In this document: in pieces, positions 28,444 through 38,186 of the stretch
Position numbering within the stretch: the first letter of the stretch is position 1
Layout of the letters: every line of letters starts with the position of its first letter
Assembly (NCBI GenBank): GCA_963674825.1
Contig: OY771587.1
Coordinates: 224,001 to 288,000, forward strand
Direction: 5' to 3'
DNA: 64,000 nucleotides
Origin: Candidatus Cloacimonadales bacterium
Lineage (GTDB): Bacteria > Cloacimonadota > Cloacimonadia > Cloacimonadales > JAIOQZ01
Notes under the pieces: model-generated
Database searches by the model: none
Seen by the model: only the letters and a program-made list of their open reading frames with translations
What the model was told of the DNA's origin: nothing
Translations under genes and position numbers: made by a program

Positions 28444-29385
28444 ATGAGAGCTGGTCTTCTCGCTTGCATCCTGATCCTTCCGGGGATTCTTCTCAGCGTT
28501 GGGCTGTCGGTTGAACTACAGAACCGCGTGTGGATTGAGAACCCAGTGGTTACGCTGGACATGATCACAAACAACTACTCCGGCTCCGACTCGCTCTATC
28601 AGCAGATTCGCAACATCACAGTGGTGGATCTCCCCTATCAGGAGCGTTTCAGGAATCTTTACGAAGTGGATATCCGTAAGGTCATCCCGAAGTCGTTGCG
28701 CAAAGAGATCAACATACAGGGCGGATTCTGCGTGGTACGCTGGAAAAAGCAGACTCTCGATCAGAATCGCGTCTATAAGGCCGCACGTGAGTATGTCTCA
28801 CGAAACTATCCAGACGCGGACAGCTTACATGTCGAGATAGGTGACCTTCCCGATATGGACACGCCGCCTGACGGCTACACTCTACAGGTGGAATTCCCTG
28901 ACGGCATCCGCAAGATGGGAAATATCCGTATGATCGGAACTGTATATTATAATAACGAATTGGTGAATCGATTCACGTTTCCTCTTTATATCGGCGTATA
29001 CCGAGACGGTTACCGCCTCACATCGCTGAAACGGCGAGGAGAAGGCTTTCACGAGGGTGATTTCACGAAAATCAGCATCAATATCTCCGAAGAGGGCAAT
29101 GCCATTACCGATAGCCTCGAGCTTCAGACCCGAATCGCGGCCCGATATCTTCCCGCCGGAACCGTCCTTACAGAATCGAACACGCGCCCTATCCCCGATA
29201 TTCATCGCGGTGATCGGGTCAGCGTACTCGTCAATAGCGGAAGCATTATGCTCGAAACTGTAGCAATTGCCAAAGACACTGCCTATATCGGCGAATCGAT
29301 TATCTGCGAAGACCCGTCAACCGGAAGACGCTACCGGGCCATTACCTCCGGCAAGCGTCAGGCCATCATCAATCTGGGAGACTGA
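28444..29385 (+). CDS. flgA: Flagellar P-ring formation chaperone FlgA
   Basis: Signal peptide; SAF/ChapFlgA-like C-terminus (RGDRVSV...A..GE.I); position between flgG and flgH. Confidence 0.8.
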   Translation: MRAGLLACILILPGILLSVGLSVELQNRVWIENPVVTLDMITNNYSGSDSLYQQIRNITVVDLPYQERFRNLYEVDIRKVIPKSLRKEINIQGGFCVVRWKKQTLDQNRVYKAAREYVSRNYPDADSLHVEIGDLPDMDTPPDGYTLQVEFPDGIRKMGNIRMIGTVYYNNELVNRFTFPLYIGVYRDGYRLTSLKRRGEGFHEGDFTKISINISEEGNAITDSLELQTRIAARYLPAGTVLTESNTRPIPDIHRGDRVSVLVNSGSIMLETVAIAKDTAYIGESIICEDPSTGRRYRAITSGKRQAIINLGD

Positions 29386-29386
29386 T

Positions 29387-29983
29387 ATGCGTAACTATAA
29401 CATATTTAGCCTGATAGAGAGCCGTAAGACCTGGTCTCTATTCATCACACTGCTTACCGCATTGACCATGCTCGGAGCACGACAGGTTCCGTCCCTCTTC
29501 TCCGATCATAAAAGCTTTAACGTCGGCGACGTTATCACCATTATCATCGAAGAAAGCACCTCTGCCGAAGCCGCGGCCGGTACAGATACCGATGTGAGCG
29601 CTGGCTTGGATTTCTCCGTATCTGGTACCGGATTCATGGACAAAATGTATCCTGGCGGATATGGCGCATCTCTGGGTGGAAGCAGCGCAGGTGATGGTAA
29701 AACCAGCCGAAGCGGCAAGATCGAAAGTAAGATGACCGCTAAGATTATCGATATTGACGACATGGGTAACCTGGTCATCAAAGGAAGCAGAACCGTCGAG
29801 ATCAACGGCGAAAAGGAGATTACGGAATTGCAGGGCGTGGTTCGCCCCGAAGACGTGAAGTCCGATAACTCGGTCTATTCGTACAGCATCGCCGACGCGA
29901 AAATCAAATACGACGGAAAAGGCGCGATCAACGAAACCGCGAAGGTGGGGATTCTCAGTCGCATTATCAACTGGCTGTTCTGA
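29387..29983 (+). CDS. flgH: Flagellar L-ring protein FlgH
   Basis: SLFSD.K...VGDVITI, GNLVIKG, GVVRPED...DNSV.S..IADA.I.Y.G.G. Confidence 0.9.
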   Translation: MRNYNIFSLIESRKTWSLFITLLTALTMLGARQVPSLFSDHKSFNVGDVITIIIEESTSAEAAAGTDTDVSAGLDFSVSGTGFMDKMYPGGYGASLGGSSAGDGKTSRSGKIESKMTAKIIDIDDMGNLVIKGSRTVEINGEKEITELQGVVRPEDVKSDNSVYSYSIADAKIKYDGKGAINETAKVGILSRIINWLF

Positions 29984-30008
29984 TCCAGTTGCAATTTTTT
30001 ATCTTCTG

Positions 30009-30038
30009 AAAGGGCAATCCACAGCGATTGCCCTTTTC
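30009..30038 (+). terminator. Rho-independent terminator after flgH
   Basis: aaagggcaatc-cacagc-gattgccctttt. Confidence 0.8.
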
Positions 30039-30163
30039 TATGCCTTAGACTTCATATATATAATAGATCGCATACCATTGACACACCGAGTCTTACCTCA
30101 TTCAAATCGTCTCCCCCGAAAATTTTTTCCAAAATCTATTTGCCAAATAGCACATCGTAATTT

Positions 30164-30194
30164 ATCCTATTTAGGAATGATTACTAAATAGGAT
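30164..30194. promoter_or_regulatory. Palindromic PerR/Fur-type operator
   Basis: atcctatttaggaat-g-attactaaataggat, a 15-1-15 inverted repeat with one mismatch, just upstream of the Fur-family gene. Confidence 0.65.
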
Positions 30195-30202
30195 GGTCGC
30201 AG

Positions 30203-30667
30203 ATGAAAAGGAATGACGAAACATACATGAGCCAGATGATGGAGATGCTGCAAGAAAAGCTCCGCGACGCGGGTATCAAAGTAACGCATCAGCGCATGGA
30301 GATTTTCAAAGAAGTGCTGAAATCCTACGACCATCCGGACGCTGAGATGGTTTACAAGAAAGTTCGGCAGAAATTGCCAACCGTATCGCTGGATACTGTC
30401 TATCGTACCCTGTGGATGTTGGTCAACATGGGGATTCTGCAATCGTTGGGAAATTCACGTGAAAAAACCAGATTCGATGCGAACCTTGATAGCCACCACC
30501 ACTTCACCTGCAGAGAATGCGGGAATGTTTTCGACTTCCATAACCGTGAACTGAACTGCCTGAACATCCCACAAGATTTGCCTGAAATCGGAAAAGTTGA
30601 ACAGATTACCATCGAAGTCCGGGGCATCTGTGACCAGTGTATAGAATTACAAAGCACAAACAAATAA
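30203..30667 (+). CDS. perR: Fur-family transcriptional repressor, PerR-like
   Basis: HPDAE, SLDTVYRTL, RFDAN...HHHF.CxxC and C-terminal CxxC; next to peroxiredoxin. Confidence 0.82.
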   Translation: MKRNDETYMSQMMEMLQEKLRDAGIKVTHQRMEIFKEVLKSYDHPDAEMVYKKVRQKLPTVSLDTVYRTLWMLVNMGILQSLGNSREKTRFDANLDSHHHFTCRECGNVFDFHNRELNCLNIPQDLPEIGKVEQITIEVRGICDQCIELQSTNK

Positions 30668-30685
30668 CAAATAAGGAGAACCTAA

Positions 30686-31366
30686 ATGAACGAAGAAAAC
30701 ACACCAAGAATTCCACTCATCGGAGAGGAAGCACCAGCATTTACAGCTATGACCACACAGGGCGTGATCAATTTCCCGGAAGATTATAAGGGGAAATGGG
30801 TCATCCTTTTCAGCCACCCGGCCGATTTCACACCGGTTTGCACCACAGAATTCATGACATTCGCATCTATGGAAAAGGATTTCGAAACGCTTAATACCAA
30901 GCTGATCGGACTCTCCATCGACAGCCACTACTCCCACATCGCATGGCTCAGAACCATCAAAGAAAAGATTCAGTGGAAAGACATGAAGAACGTCGAAGTG
31001 AAATTCCCGGTCATCGCCGACCTCAAAATGGATGTCGCAAAAGCTTTTGGCATGGTTATGCCCAACGCATCCGACACGCAGGCAGTACGCGCCGTGTTCT
31101 TCATCGATCCCGAATCGAAGATCCGCGCACTGGTCTATTATCCCCTGGCTAACGGCAGGAACTTTGACGAGATCAAGCGCCTGCTCATCGCGATGCAAAC
31201 TTCTGACAAGCACGGCGTGGCTACACCCGCAGACTGGCGCCCCGGCGACAAAGTCATCATCCCGCCGCCCGGATCATGCGGACAAGCAGCCGAACGTGTT
31301 CAAGGGGCTGGCGAAGAATATGAATGCCTGGATTGGTTTCTCTGCTTCAAGAACCTTGAAGCTTAG
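30686..31366 (+). CDS. Peroxiredoxin (Prx6/archaeal-type)
   Basis: SHPADFTPVCTTEF, GRNFDE, TPADW.PGD, C-terminal CLDWFLC. Confidence 0.95.
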   Translation: MNEENTPRIPLIGEEAPAFTAMTTQGVINFPEDYKGKWVILFSHPADFTPVCTTEFMTFASMEKDFETLNTKLIGLSIDSHYSHIAWLRTIKEKIQWKDMKNVEVKFPVIADLKMDVAKAFGMVMPNASDTQAVRAVFFIDPESKIRALVYYPLANGRNFDEIKRLLIAMQTSDKHGVATPADWRPGDKVIIPPPGSCGQAAERVQGAGEEYECLDWFLCFKNLEA

Positions 31367-31393
31367 TCCATAGAACGTCTCTGCATACTACCG

Positions 31394-31428
31394 AAACGAC
31401 GTCCCCGCCCCGGGACGTCGTTTTTTTT
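31394..31428 (+). terminator. Rho-independent terminator
   Basis: aaacgacgtccc-cgccc-cgggacgtcgttttttt. Confidence 0.85.
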
Positions 31429-31479
31429 GAAATCATCTTTTGATTATAGATTCCTGGGGTTGCCGTGTCGAGCTTTGAT

Positions 31480-31616
31480 ACAACCCGACAAGTCGGGTCA
31501 CTCAGCATGACACAGAATACGCATTCTGCTGTAGGGGCAGACCACTGTGTCTGCCCTTCTCTTCATGGTATGCAGACGAGGACGTCTGCGTACCCAGGCA
31601 GAGAAAGAGATGCAGT
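31480..31616. repeat. Cluster of REP-like palindromes, related to 58890..59102
   Basis: actcagcatgacacag; gtaggggcagac-cactgt-gtctgccc; ggtatgcagacg-agga-cgtctgcgtacc. Confidence 0.6.
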
Positions 31617-31644
31617 CAAGGGTGCTCGTGCTCCTAGGGTTACA

Positions 31645-32415
31645 TCAAATCGTATCCCACAGAATCTTGATGAAAAGCATGACCAGCACTGTGATGAATA
31701 CCGGCCTGATCACCTTGCCGCCCTTCTTCAGAACAAAGCTGGAGCCAACCACATTGCCCAAAATCCCCATAAACACCGCAGGAATACCTACGTAGAACAG
31801 CACCTTGCCCGATATCAGGAACGAGATTAGCGCGGCGACGTTGGATGAGAGATTGACGACCTTTGTATTGGCGTTGGCGGTGATGAAATCGTATTTGAGC
31901 ATGACGGTATAGAACAGAATCAGGAACGAACCTGTTCCGGGGCCGAAGAAGCCGTCGTAGAATCCCACGATGAAGCCGGCCAGTATGGCGAGCTGGATGC
32001 GCCGCTTGCGCGTAATAGTGCCGGAATGATTCTCATGCCCCAGCTTACGGTTCATCAGGTAGAGAATCGTCACAATGGGTAGCATCACAAGCAAGATGTA
32101 GCGCACAAAACCTGGATTGATAATCAGCACCGTGCGCGAACCACTGAACGACCCAATCAACGCGAACGCAGCGCTGAATAGCGCGATTCGAATATCGATC
32201 AAACCGTGCTTAAGATAGCGAAGCGTGGAGAAGAGCGTCCCGAAAGTTGACGAAAATTTATTGGTTCCGAGTGCGAAATGCGGCGGCAGTCCGGCAGCCA
32301 GGTAGGCTGGAACCGTGAGCAAACCACCACCACCGGCGATCGAATCGACCATACCAGCCAGAAAAACGGATGGCAGAACGATCAGATAGATGTGAAGCAG
32401 ATCGGTGGGGATCAT
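31645..32415 (-). CDS. TSUP (TauE/SafE) family transporter
   Basis: DSIAGGGGL, ALGTNK, GFYDGFFGPGTG. Confidence 0.93.
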   Translation of the reverse strand: MIPTDLLHIYLIVLPSVFLAGMVDSIAGGGGLLTVPAYLAAGLPPHFALGTNKFSSTFGTLFSTLRYLKHGLIDIRIALFSAAFALIGSFSGSRTVLIINPGFVRYILLVMLPIVTILYLMNRKLGHENHSGTITRKRRIQLAILAGFIVGFYDGFFGPGTGSFLILFYTVMLKYDFITANANTKVVNLSSNVAALISFLISGKVLFYVGIPAVFMGILGNVVGSSFVLKKGGKVIRPVFITVLVMLFIKILWDTI

Positions 32416-33377
32416 TCATCGGTATCAGGCGCAGCCGGTAGATCGACCTTCAAATCCGGTGAAGGTTTGAATCCAGGCTTGCCTTCGGTGACGTTGTTGT
32501 AGAAACGACTTGTGGGATATGCCAGATCGATGTCGTTACACTTCGCGAATTCGTCCAACACACTCTCCCACAATTTTTCCGTCGTACCGCGTCTGCTTCG
32601 AACCTTACAAAGGTAACGTATGGTAAGCAGAACACCGCTATTTTCGACAGATGTATAGACAATCGGCGTGAGATTTTTGTAGAAAATCATATACTTTCGG
32701 GCCGCTGACTGGATTTGGGAAGCTACGTCCTTGCTTAAATCCTTGGAATGATCGAGCGCGATATCGGTCAGGATTTTCTTGGCCTTCTTCCAGTTGCTCT
32801 CGAATGTTATCATGATGGGGATTTCGTTCCAGATATAATCAAACCCCTTCTGGTAATTGGATAGTGGATACTGGAAGACCATACCGTTTGGGATATTGAT
32901 CATGCGACCGGTACTCTGGTCGGCATGCACCCAGTTTCCGATCTCGAGAATGGTGAACATGAACGGCGCTTGGTCAATCACATCACCGGCAAAATCGCCG
33001 ATCTGAATTCGATCACCGACCTTGAATGGCGTACGGCTAAGGATGAAAATCCATCCGGCGAGATTCACCAGGAAATCTTTCAGCGCAATCGCCACACCTG
33101 CAGAAAGTAAACCAAAATATGTTGCCAGCGACTGCATACCCGCGAACCACTGCCTGCCGATCAGGATTAGACCAACAAAAACAGTGATGTAAGACACTGT
33201 TTTACGCCATCTGTAACGAAGCTTCACATCCGATATTCGAGAAAGAAGCCAACGACTGATAACTAACCGTACCACCGTTAAAATTACGATGATAAGAATG
33301 CTAACAATCAGTTTCTTAAACGACCCTTCGTCGAATTTGAGAAACATTCCCTGCATTTCTTTCAGCATTTCATTCAT
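32412..33377 (-). CDS. Small-conductance mechanosensitive channel (MscS family)
   Basis: N-terminal TM helices, PFKVGDRIQIG, QSTGR.I.IPN, IDLAYPT. Confidence 0.9.
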   Translation of the reverse strand: MNEMLKEMQGMFLKFDEGSFKKLIVSILIIVILTVVRLVISRWLLSRISDVKLRYRWRKTVSYITVFVGLILIGRQWFAGMQSLATYFGLLSAGVAIALKDFLVNLAGWIFILSRTPFKVGDRIQIGDFAGDVIDQAPFMFTILEIGNWVHADQSTGRMINIPNGMVFQYPLSNYQKGFDYIWNEIPIMITFESNWKKAKKILTDIALDHSKDLSKDVASQIQSAARKYMIFYKNLTPIVYTSVENSGVLLTIRYLCKVRSRRGTTEKLWESVLDEFAKCNDIDLAYPTSRFYNNVTEGKPGFKPSPDLKVDLPAAPDTDE

Positions 33378-34551
33378 GCAATAGATCCTCGACTGCCTGC
33401 TTGAGTCTGTCAAGCGCTGTTTTCAGCACCGACCTCGGACAAGCAAAATTGATCCTCGCAAAACCGCTACCGTTCTCGCCGAAAATGGTTCCCGGATCGG
33501 GTGCGACCTTCGCTTTCTCGAACCATAACAATTCCAGCTCTTTATCTGAAAGTCGGAGTTCACGGCAATCCAGCCACGCCAGGTAGGTTCCTTCCGGTTC
33601 GATCAGCTTGATTTGCGGAAGCTTGTCGATAAAAAATTCTTTCATGTAGCAGAGGTTTCCGGCGAGGTACTCCAGAAGCTGTTCGAGCCATTCCTCTCCT
33701 TCATCATAAGCACTTTGGAGTCCGATAGCCCCGTAGAGATTGCCGATATATACAGCGGTACGGAAGAGCACGTTGTTGAATTTCTCGCGCATCTCCTTGT
33801 CCGGTATGACGATGAAAGACGCCGTCAGTCCCGCGAGATTGAAGGTCTTGCTAGGTGCGAAACATGTGATTGAGTTTTGTAGAATCCGATCATCAAGCTT
33901 CGCAATCGGTGTATAGCGATTCGGTTTGAAGATGATATCAGAATGGATGTCGTCAGAGATGAGCGGAACATTGTATTTCAGGCAAAGCTCACCGAACTTG
34001 CGTAATTCATCCTCGTTCCAGACGCGTCCGACAGGATTATGTGGATGACAGAGGATCACCAGCGAAACGCCTTCCTTGAGCTTCTTCTCGAGATCTTCGA
34101 AGTCCATGAAGTAGCTACCGTCGCGGTAGATGAGTGAATTTTCGACCACCTCGCGTTCATTCGCCTGGATCACCTCAAAGAAGGGGCGATAGACAGGTGT
34201 CTGGATCAGAACGCGGTCTCCGGGCTTCGTATAAGCCATAATGCTGAACGCAAGCGCGGGGACCACGCCCGGCGTTGTACAGATCCAGTCTTTCTCGATT
34301 TTCCAGCCGTGACGTCGCTCCAGCCAATTCATGATCGCGTTGTGAAAGGCTTCCGTGTGACCGGTGTAGCCGTATACGCCATGCTTTGTTCGCTCGAGTA
34401 GTGCATCGATAACCGGCTGTGGACACATGAAATCCATGTCTGCAACCCACATCGGCAACGCGTCGCCACAGCCAAGAAAAGCGTCTGCGAAATCCCATTT
34501 GATCGACGCGGTATCACGCCGCTCGATAATCCGATCGAAATTATATTTCAA
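33370..34551 (-). CDS. patB: PLP-dependent cystathionine beta-lyase / aminotransferase, MalY/PatB family
   Basis: PMWVADMDF, PHNPVGRVW, SDDIH, APSKTFN, PEGTYLAW; TTG start with AGGAG RBS. Confidence 0.92.
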   Translation of the reverse strand: MKYNFDRIIERRDTASIKWDFADAFLGCGDALPMWVADMDFMCPQPVIDALLERTKHGVYGYTGHTEAFHNAIMNWLERRHGWKIEKDWICTTPGVVPALAFSIMAYTKPGDRVLIQTPVYRPFFEVIQANEREVVENSLIYRDGSYFMDFEDLEKKLKEGVSLVILCHPHNPVGRVWNEDELRKFGELCLKYNVPLISDDIHSDIIFKPNRYTPIAKLDDRILQNSITCFAPSKTFNLAGLTASFIVIPDKEMREKFNNVLFRTAVYIGNLYGAIGLQSAYDEGEEWLEQLLEYLAGNLCYMKEFFIDKLPQIKLIEPEGTYLAWLDCRELRLSDKELELLWFEKAKVAPDPGTIFGENGSGFARINFACPRSVLKTALDRLKQAVEDLLHE

Positions 34552-34589
34552 CGTTATACTCCTGATTGTTTTTCAGGAGCATATCAGCC

Positions 34590-35138
34590 TTATTGCGGAT
34601 ACCTGTCAATAAAAACGAATTCCTCGAAATCCTTCCTCGGTGCCCTGGCATTTTCCTCTTTCTGCGCTTCCGGATCGTGCGAGAGATCCATCTTCTTGCC
34701 TATGCCGATCAACGTGATGACGTTGTACTCGTCCGGGATGTCCAACACCTTACGTACCTTTTGGGGACTGTATCCCGCGATTGCGTGCGCTACATAGCCA
34801 AGCTCCGTGGCCCGTAGCATCAGAAAGCCCGTACTAAGCCCCGTATCGAACAGGTAGTACTCACGATCGTGAATGACGCAATCGTCATCCTTGCGGCTGA
34901 ACACGACCACAACCATTGAAGCATCATGAAGCCATTCGTTACCCTTGGAATAGGCTTCTTTCATCTCTTCAAGCTTGGCCTCGTCTTTCACAAAAACATA
35001 GCGCCAGGGTTGGTTGTTGTAGCAGGAAGGCGCAAGTTGCGCAGCTTCTGCGAGCTGCTCTATGAGTGTATCGTTTATTTCACTTTTCACCAGTTTCCTG
35101 TGTGACTTTCTTGTATGTATTGTATCAATAACAGACAT
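34590..35138 (-). CDS. Nitroreductase family protein
   Basis: RKSHR, LAPSCYNNQPW, FDTG; GGAGG RBS. Confidence 0.92.
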   Translation of the reverse strand: MSVIDTIHTRKSHRKLVKSEINDTLIEQLAEAAQLAPSCYNNQPWRYVFVKDEAKLEEMKEAYSKGNEWLHDASMVVVVFSRKDDDCVIHDREYYLFDTGLSTGFLMLRATELGYVAHAIAGYSPQKVRKVLDIPDEYNVITLIGIGKKMDLSHDPEAQKEENARAPRKDFEEFVFIDRYPQ

Positions 35139-35344
35139 TTTATCCTCCATTCAACAGATATTGCTTTTATGGAAATTACGCATCCATACATATTTTTATA
35201 ATATGAATTTTTGATATATGCAAATGTTATTTCTCTCAGAGGGGTTCTGCTGAACAGAGAAGCCCTTCTATCTCCCATATCTGAAAGACCAGATCGATCT
35301 GTCCGTACTCGTACATCTCTGAATATGGAGGTATAAGAAGAAAA

Positions 35345-36085
35345 TTATTTTACAATTGGCAGATGCGAATGCAATATGTTTGTTTGTGCCGCCATAAGGC
35401 TGTTTTTTATCCCCGGGTATGTTTCTGAAAGCATCTCGATCAGAGTCTTCATCTGAGCGCGCTGATTTTCATCGGCATACTTGCATCGGTTGTGTATTAC
35501 AGGCAATCCCGATTGTTGAATATATGCCTTGATATCATCCTCCGCTGTGAGAGCCAGTGGACGGATTACTTCAACTAGATGTCGCTCGATCTGGTATTTG
35601 ACCGGCATACTCGCCAGCGTACCGGAGAAGAAAAGATTCATGAGCAGGGTTTCGTTGAAATCTTCACGGTGATGCCCGAGCGCGATTTTATTGAAGCCGT
35701 TCTTAACGGCGTGGGTTGTCAGGAATCCACGTCTTAGTCGCGCACAGAACGCACAATGCGATTTATTCTGGTTGATATTTTGCGAGATAATCTCTTCGAT
35801 ATCGGTTTCGATCAGCATAAAATCGGTCAGGATCTCTCGGCATGCGTCTTCGATAATGCGGTTATCTTCAACAGTGTGGGGATAATCAACTTTCGCGGCG
35901 TGAAGCTCGAAATGGACCGGCGCTTTTTTTTGCAGCATGACCAACGTTTTGAGTAGAGCCCAGGAATCTTTTCCGCCGGATATACCGATCAGGATGCGAT
36001 CCCCATCTTCGATAAGCTTATAATCGGCAATAGCTTGGCCGGTTTTCTTGAGGATTGGCTTTAACAGTACGTCAGGAACTTTCAT
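35345..36085 (-). CDS. ttcA: tRNA 2-thiocytidine(32) synthetase TtcA-like
   Basis: SGGKDS PP-loop, CAFCARLRRG, ALGHH.ED, IRPL. Confidence 0.85.
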   Translation of the reverse strand: MKVPDVLLKPILKKTGQAIADYKLIEDGDRILIGISGGKDSWALLKTLVMLQKKAPVHFELHAAKVDYPHTVEDNRIIEDACREILTDFMLIETDIEEIISQNINQNKSHCAFCARLRRGFLTTHAVKNGFNKIALGHHREDFNETLLMNLFFSGTLASMPVKYQIERHLVEVIRPLALTAEDDIKAYIQQSGLPVIHNRCKYADENQRAQMKTLIEMLSETYPGIKNSLMAAQTNILHSHLPIVK

Positions 36086-36092
36086 GCAGCAA

Positions 36093-37154
36093 TCAGATCA
36101 GGTTTTCTTTGATTGTTATCAGTTGAGGTTTGACGTCAAAGAATAGCTCAACCAGCGTCGGATCGAAGTGGTACCCAGCGCTTCCGCGGAAATAATCGTC
36201 AATCTCCGGTTCGTTGAACGCATCTTTGTAAACTCGTTTGAATGAAAGTGCGTCATAGACGTCAGCCAGGGTCACGATGCGTGCTTCGAGCGGAATTTCT
36301 TCGCCGCGGAGCCGATTGATATAGCCCTTGCCATCCCATCGCTCATGGTGATACAGCACAATGTTCTTGGCCATGACATCCACAGCCGGCGTATTGAGCA
36401 TCTCGAACCCGTAGCGCACATGCTGTTCGATCACTTCGAACTCTTCCGGTGAAAGCGGGCCAGGTTTTTTTAGGATATTGTCCGGAATCCCAAGTTTACC
36501 AACATCGTGCAACGAGGCGTAATTTTCGATGCGGTTGACAAAATCGTGGTCACAACCATATTCCTTTGCCAGCAGCGATGAATAACGGCTAACTCTGCGG
36601 ATATGATTGCCAGTATCCAGGTCGTTGTAATGATTCGCATTCTCCAGCGCTGAGACCATTGCCATGGTGATCTGCTGGTTTTTACGCGTCTTTTCTTCAA
36701 CCAGCGCTGAGAGGTGCATCTCGCGGTCTTGCAATAGCATGTTCTTGTATTTGAGCTCGTCCTGCGTGCGTTTGAGTGTAAGCTGAGCGCGCACCCGTTC
36801 GAGTAATACACGAGTATTCATCGGCTTGGTAACGTAGTCGATACCGCCCAGCCCGAAAGCCTTCACCATGAAATGCTCATCTACGATGCCAGTCATGAAA
36901 ATGATGGGGATATGCTGGAAAAGTAGGTTTGTCTTCACTTGCTTTGCGACCTCGAAGCCATCCAGCTTGGGCATCATGATATCGAGAAGGATAAGATCGA
37001 CATCATTCGACCCAATGAGCTCAAGCGCTTCCTCACCATCATGAGCGATCAGGATGCTATAATCGGTAAGTGCTTCGAAAATATCTTGGAGTAGTTCGAC
37101 GATGGATTCGCTGTCTTCGGCGATGAGTACCTTGCAATTCGTAAGATCGACCAT
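36093..37154 (-). CDS. Response regulator with HD-GYP phosphodiesterase domain (RpfG-like)
   Basis: REC domain (LLDIMMP..DG, YVTKP) plus H..RV, LHDVGK, HHERWDGKGY, ADVYDAL. Confidence 0.92.
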   Translation of the reverse strand: MVDLTNCKVLIAEDSESIVELLQDIFEALTDYSILIAHDGEEALELIGSNDVDLILLDIMMPKLDGFEVAKQVKTNLLFQHIPIIFMTGIVDEHFMVKAFGLGGIDYVTKPMNTRVLLERVRAQLTLKRTQDELKYKNMLLQDREMHLSALVEEKTRKNQQITMAMVSALENANHYNDLDTGNHIRRVSRYSSLLAKEYGCDHDFVNRIENYASLHDVGKLGIPDNILKKPGPLSPEEFEVIEQHVRYGFEMLNTPAVDVMAKNIVLYHHERWDGKGYINRLRGEEIPLEARIVTLADVYDALSFKRVYKDAFNEPEIDDYFRGSAGYHFDPTLVELFFDVKPQLITIKENLI

Positions 37155-37221
37155 GAGTTCTCCGTATCCCGTTCATGCACCTGAGAATTAATGGACCCTT
37201 TCAGAGAATATAATCCGAAGT

Positions 37222-38184
37222 TTAGTAGTAGCCACCGAATCGCAGGATCAAAATGCCATCCGTACAGGCAGCATAGATGACATCGTAATCGACATCGAGC
37301 GCCCAGGCGTTGCTCGATGTGTAATAGGAATCAACCTGTGAAGGTGAAACCGGATTTGAAATATCCAGCGCAACAATACCATTGACGCCTGCTGCGACAA
37401 ATAGCTTGGACCCTGCTGCAACAACATCGTAGCATGGTGAGAAGAAAGCATAACCGCCTACGTCCTGCGGATGCTCCACATCGCTGATATCCAGCACCGT
37501 GATTCCTGTATCGGTTGCCAGATAAGCATAGTTTCCGTAAACCGTCAATGCATTCGTGTCGTACTCTGTATAATCCGAGATCATATCGGGTTGCTGCGGA
37601 TGATCCACATTGATAATCCACATGCCCGAATCATAGATGCCTAAGATATAAGGATATTTGTATTCAATCTCGATGATCTCGCGGCCCGTGAAATAGCTGC
37701 CGATTTCATAGATGTAGTTCGGGTCACTCACATCGAGAATTCTCAGCCCGTAATCGACATCCGCCAGATACGCCAGGCCCCCTTTGACAATCACATCCGA
37801 GGCATTGGTTCCGTAATACTCGTTTTCGTAGAAGATATCGTCGAACCATGTGATGTTTGCCACCTCGAGTCCATCACCCGCGAGAAAAGCATAATCGCCC
37901 GAGATATCAAAGTCGGATGCGACATTCGAATAGTAGCCGAGTACTTCGGGAGATGAAGGGATGACGACATCGTACACCATCAGGCCGTAGTCGTCGTTCA
38001 TGGTGAATAGATAGCCCGAATCCATCTTTACGCGGTAGGTAATCCCACTGACGGAGAAATCTCCAAGCCTGTAAAGATACCCTGTGCTTCCGTTTCCGGT
38101 TCCGGTCGATATATCATCGCAGGATACAATCATCGCAAGGATCGCAAGTGCAATAAATATCCTCAGAACCGGGAGTTTTCTCAT
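37222..38184 (-). CDS. LVIVD-repeat lipoprotein
   Basis: Lipobox IVS-C(DD); repeated YAYLA...GL.ILDVS.P motifs. Confidence 0.85.
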   Translation of the reverse strand: MRKLPVLRIFIALAILAMIVSCDDISTGTGNGSTGYLYRLGDFSVSGITYRVKMDSGYLFTMNDDYGLMVYDVVIPSSPEVLGYYSNVASDFDISGDYAFLAGDGLEVANITWFDDIFYENEYYGTNASDVIVKGGLAYLADVDYGLRILDVSDPNYIYEIGSYFTGREIIEIEYKYPYILGIYDSGMWIINVDHPQQPDMISDYTEYDTNALTVYGNYAYLATDTGITVLDISDVEHPQDVGGYAFFSPCYDVVAAGSKLFVAAGVNGIVALDISNPVSPSQVDSYYTSSNAWALDVDYDVIYAACTDGILILRFGGYY

Positions 38185-38186
38185 AG

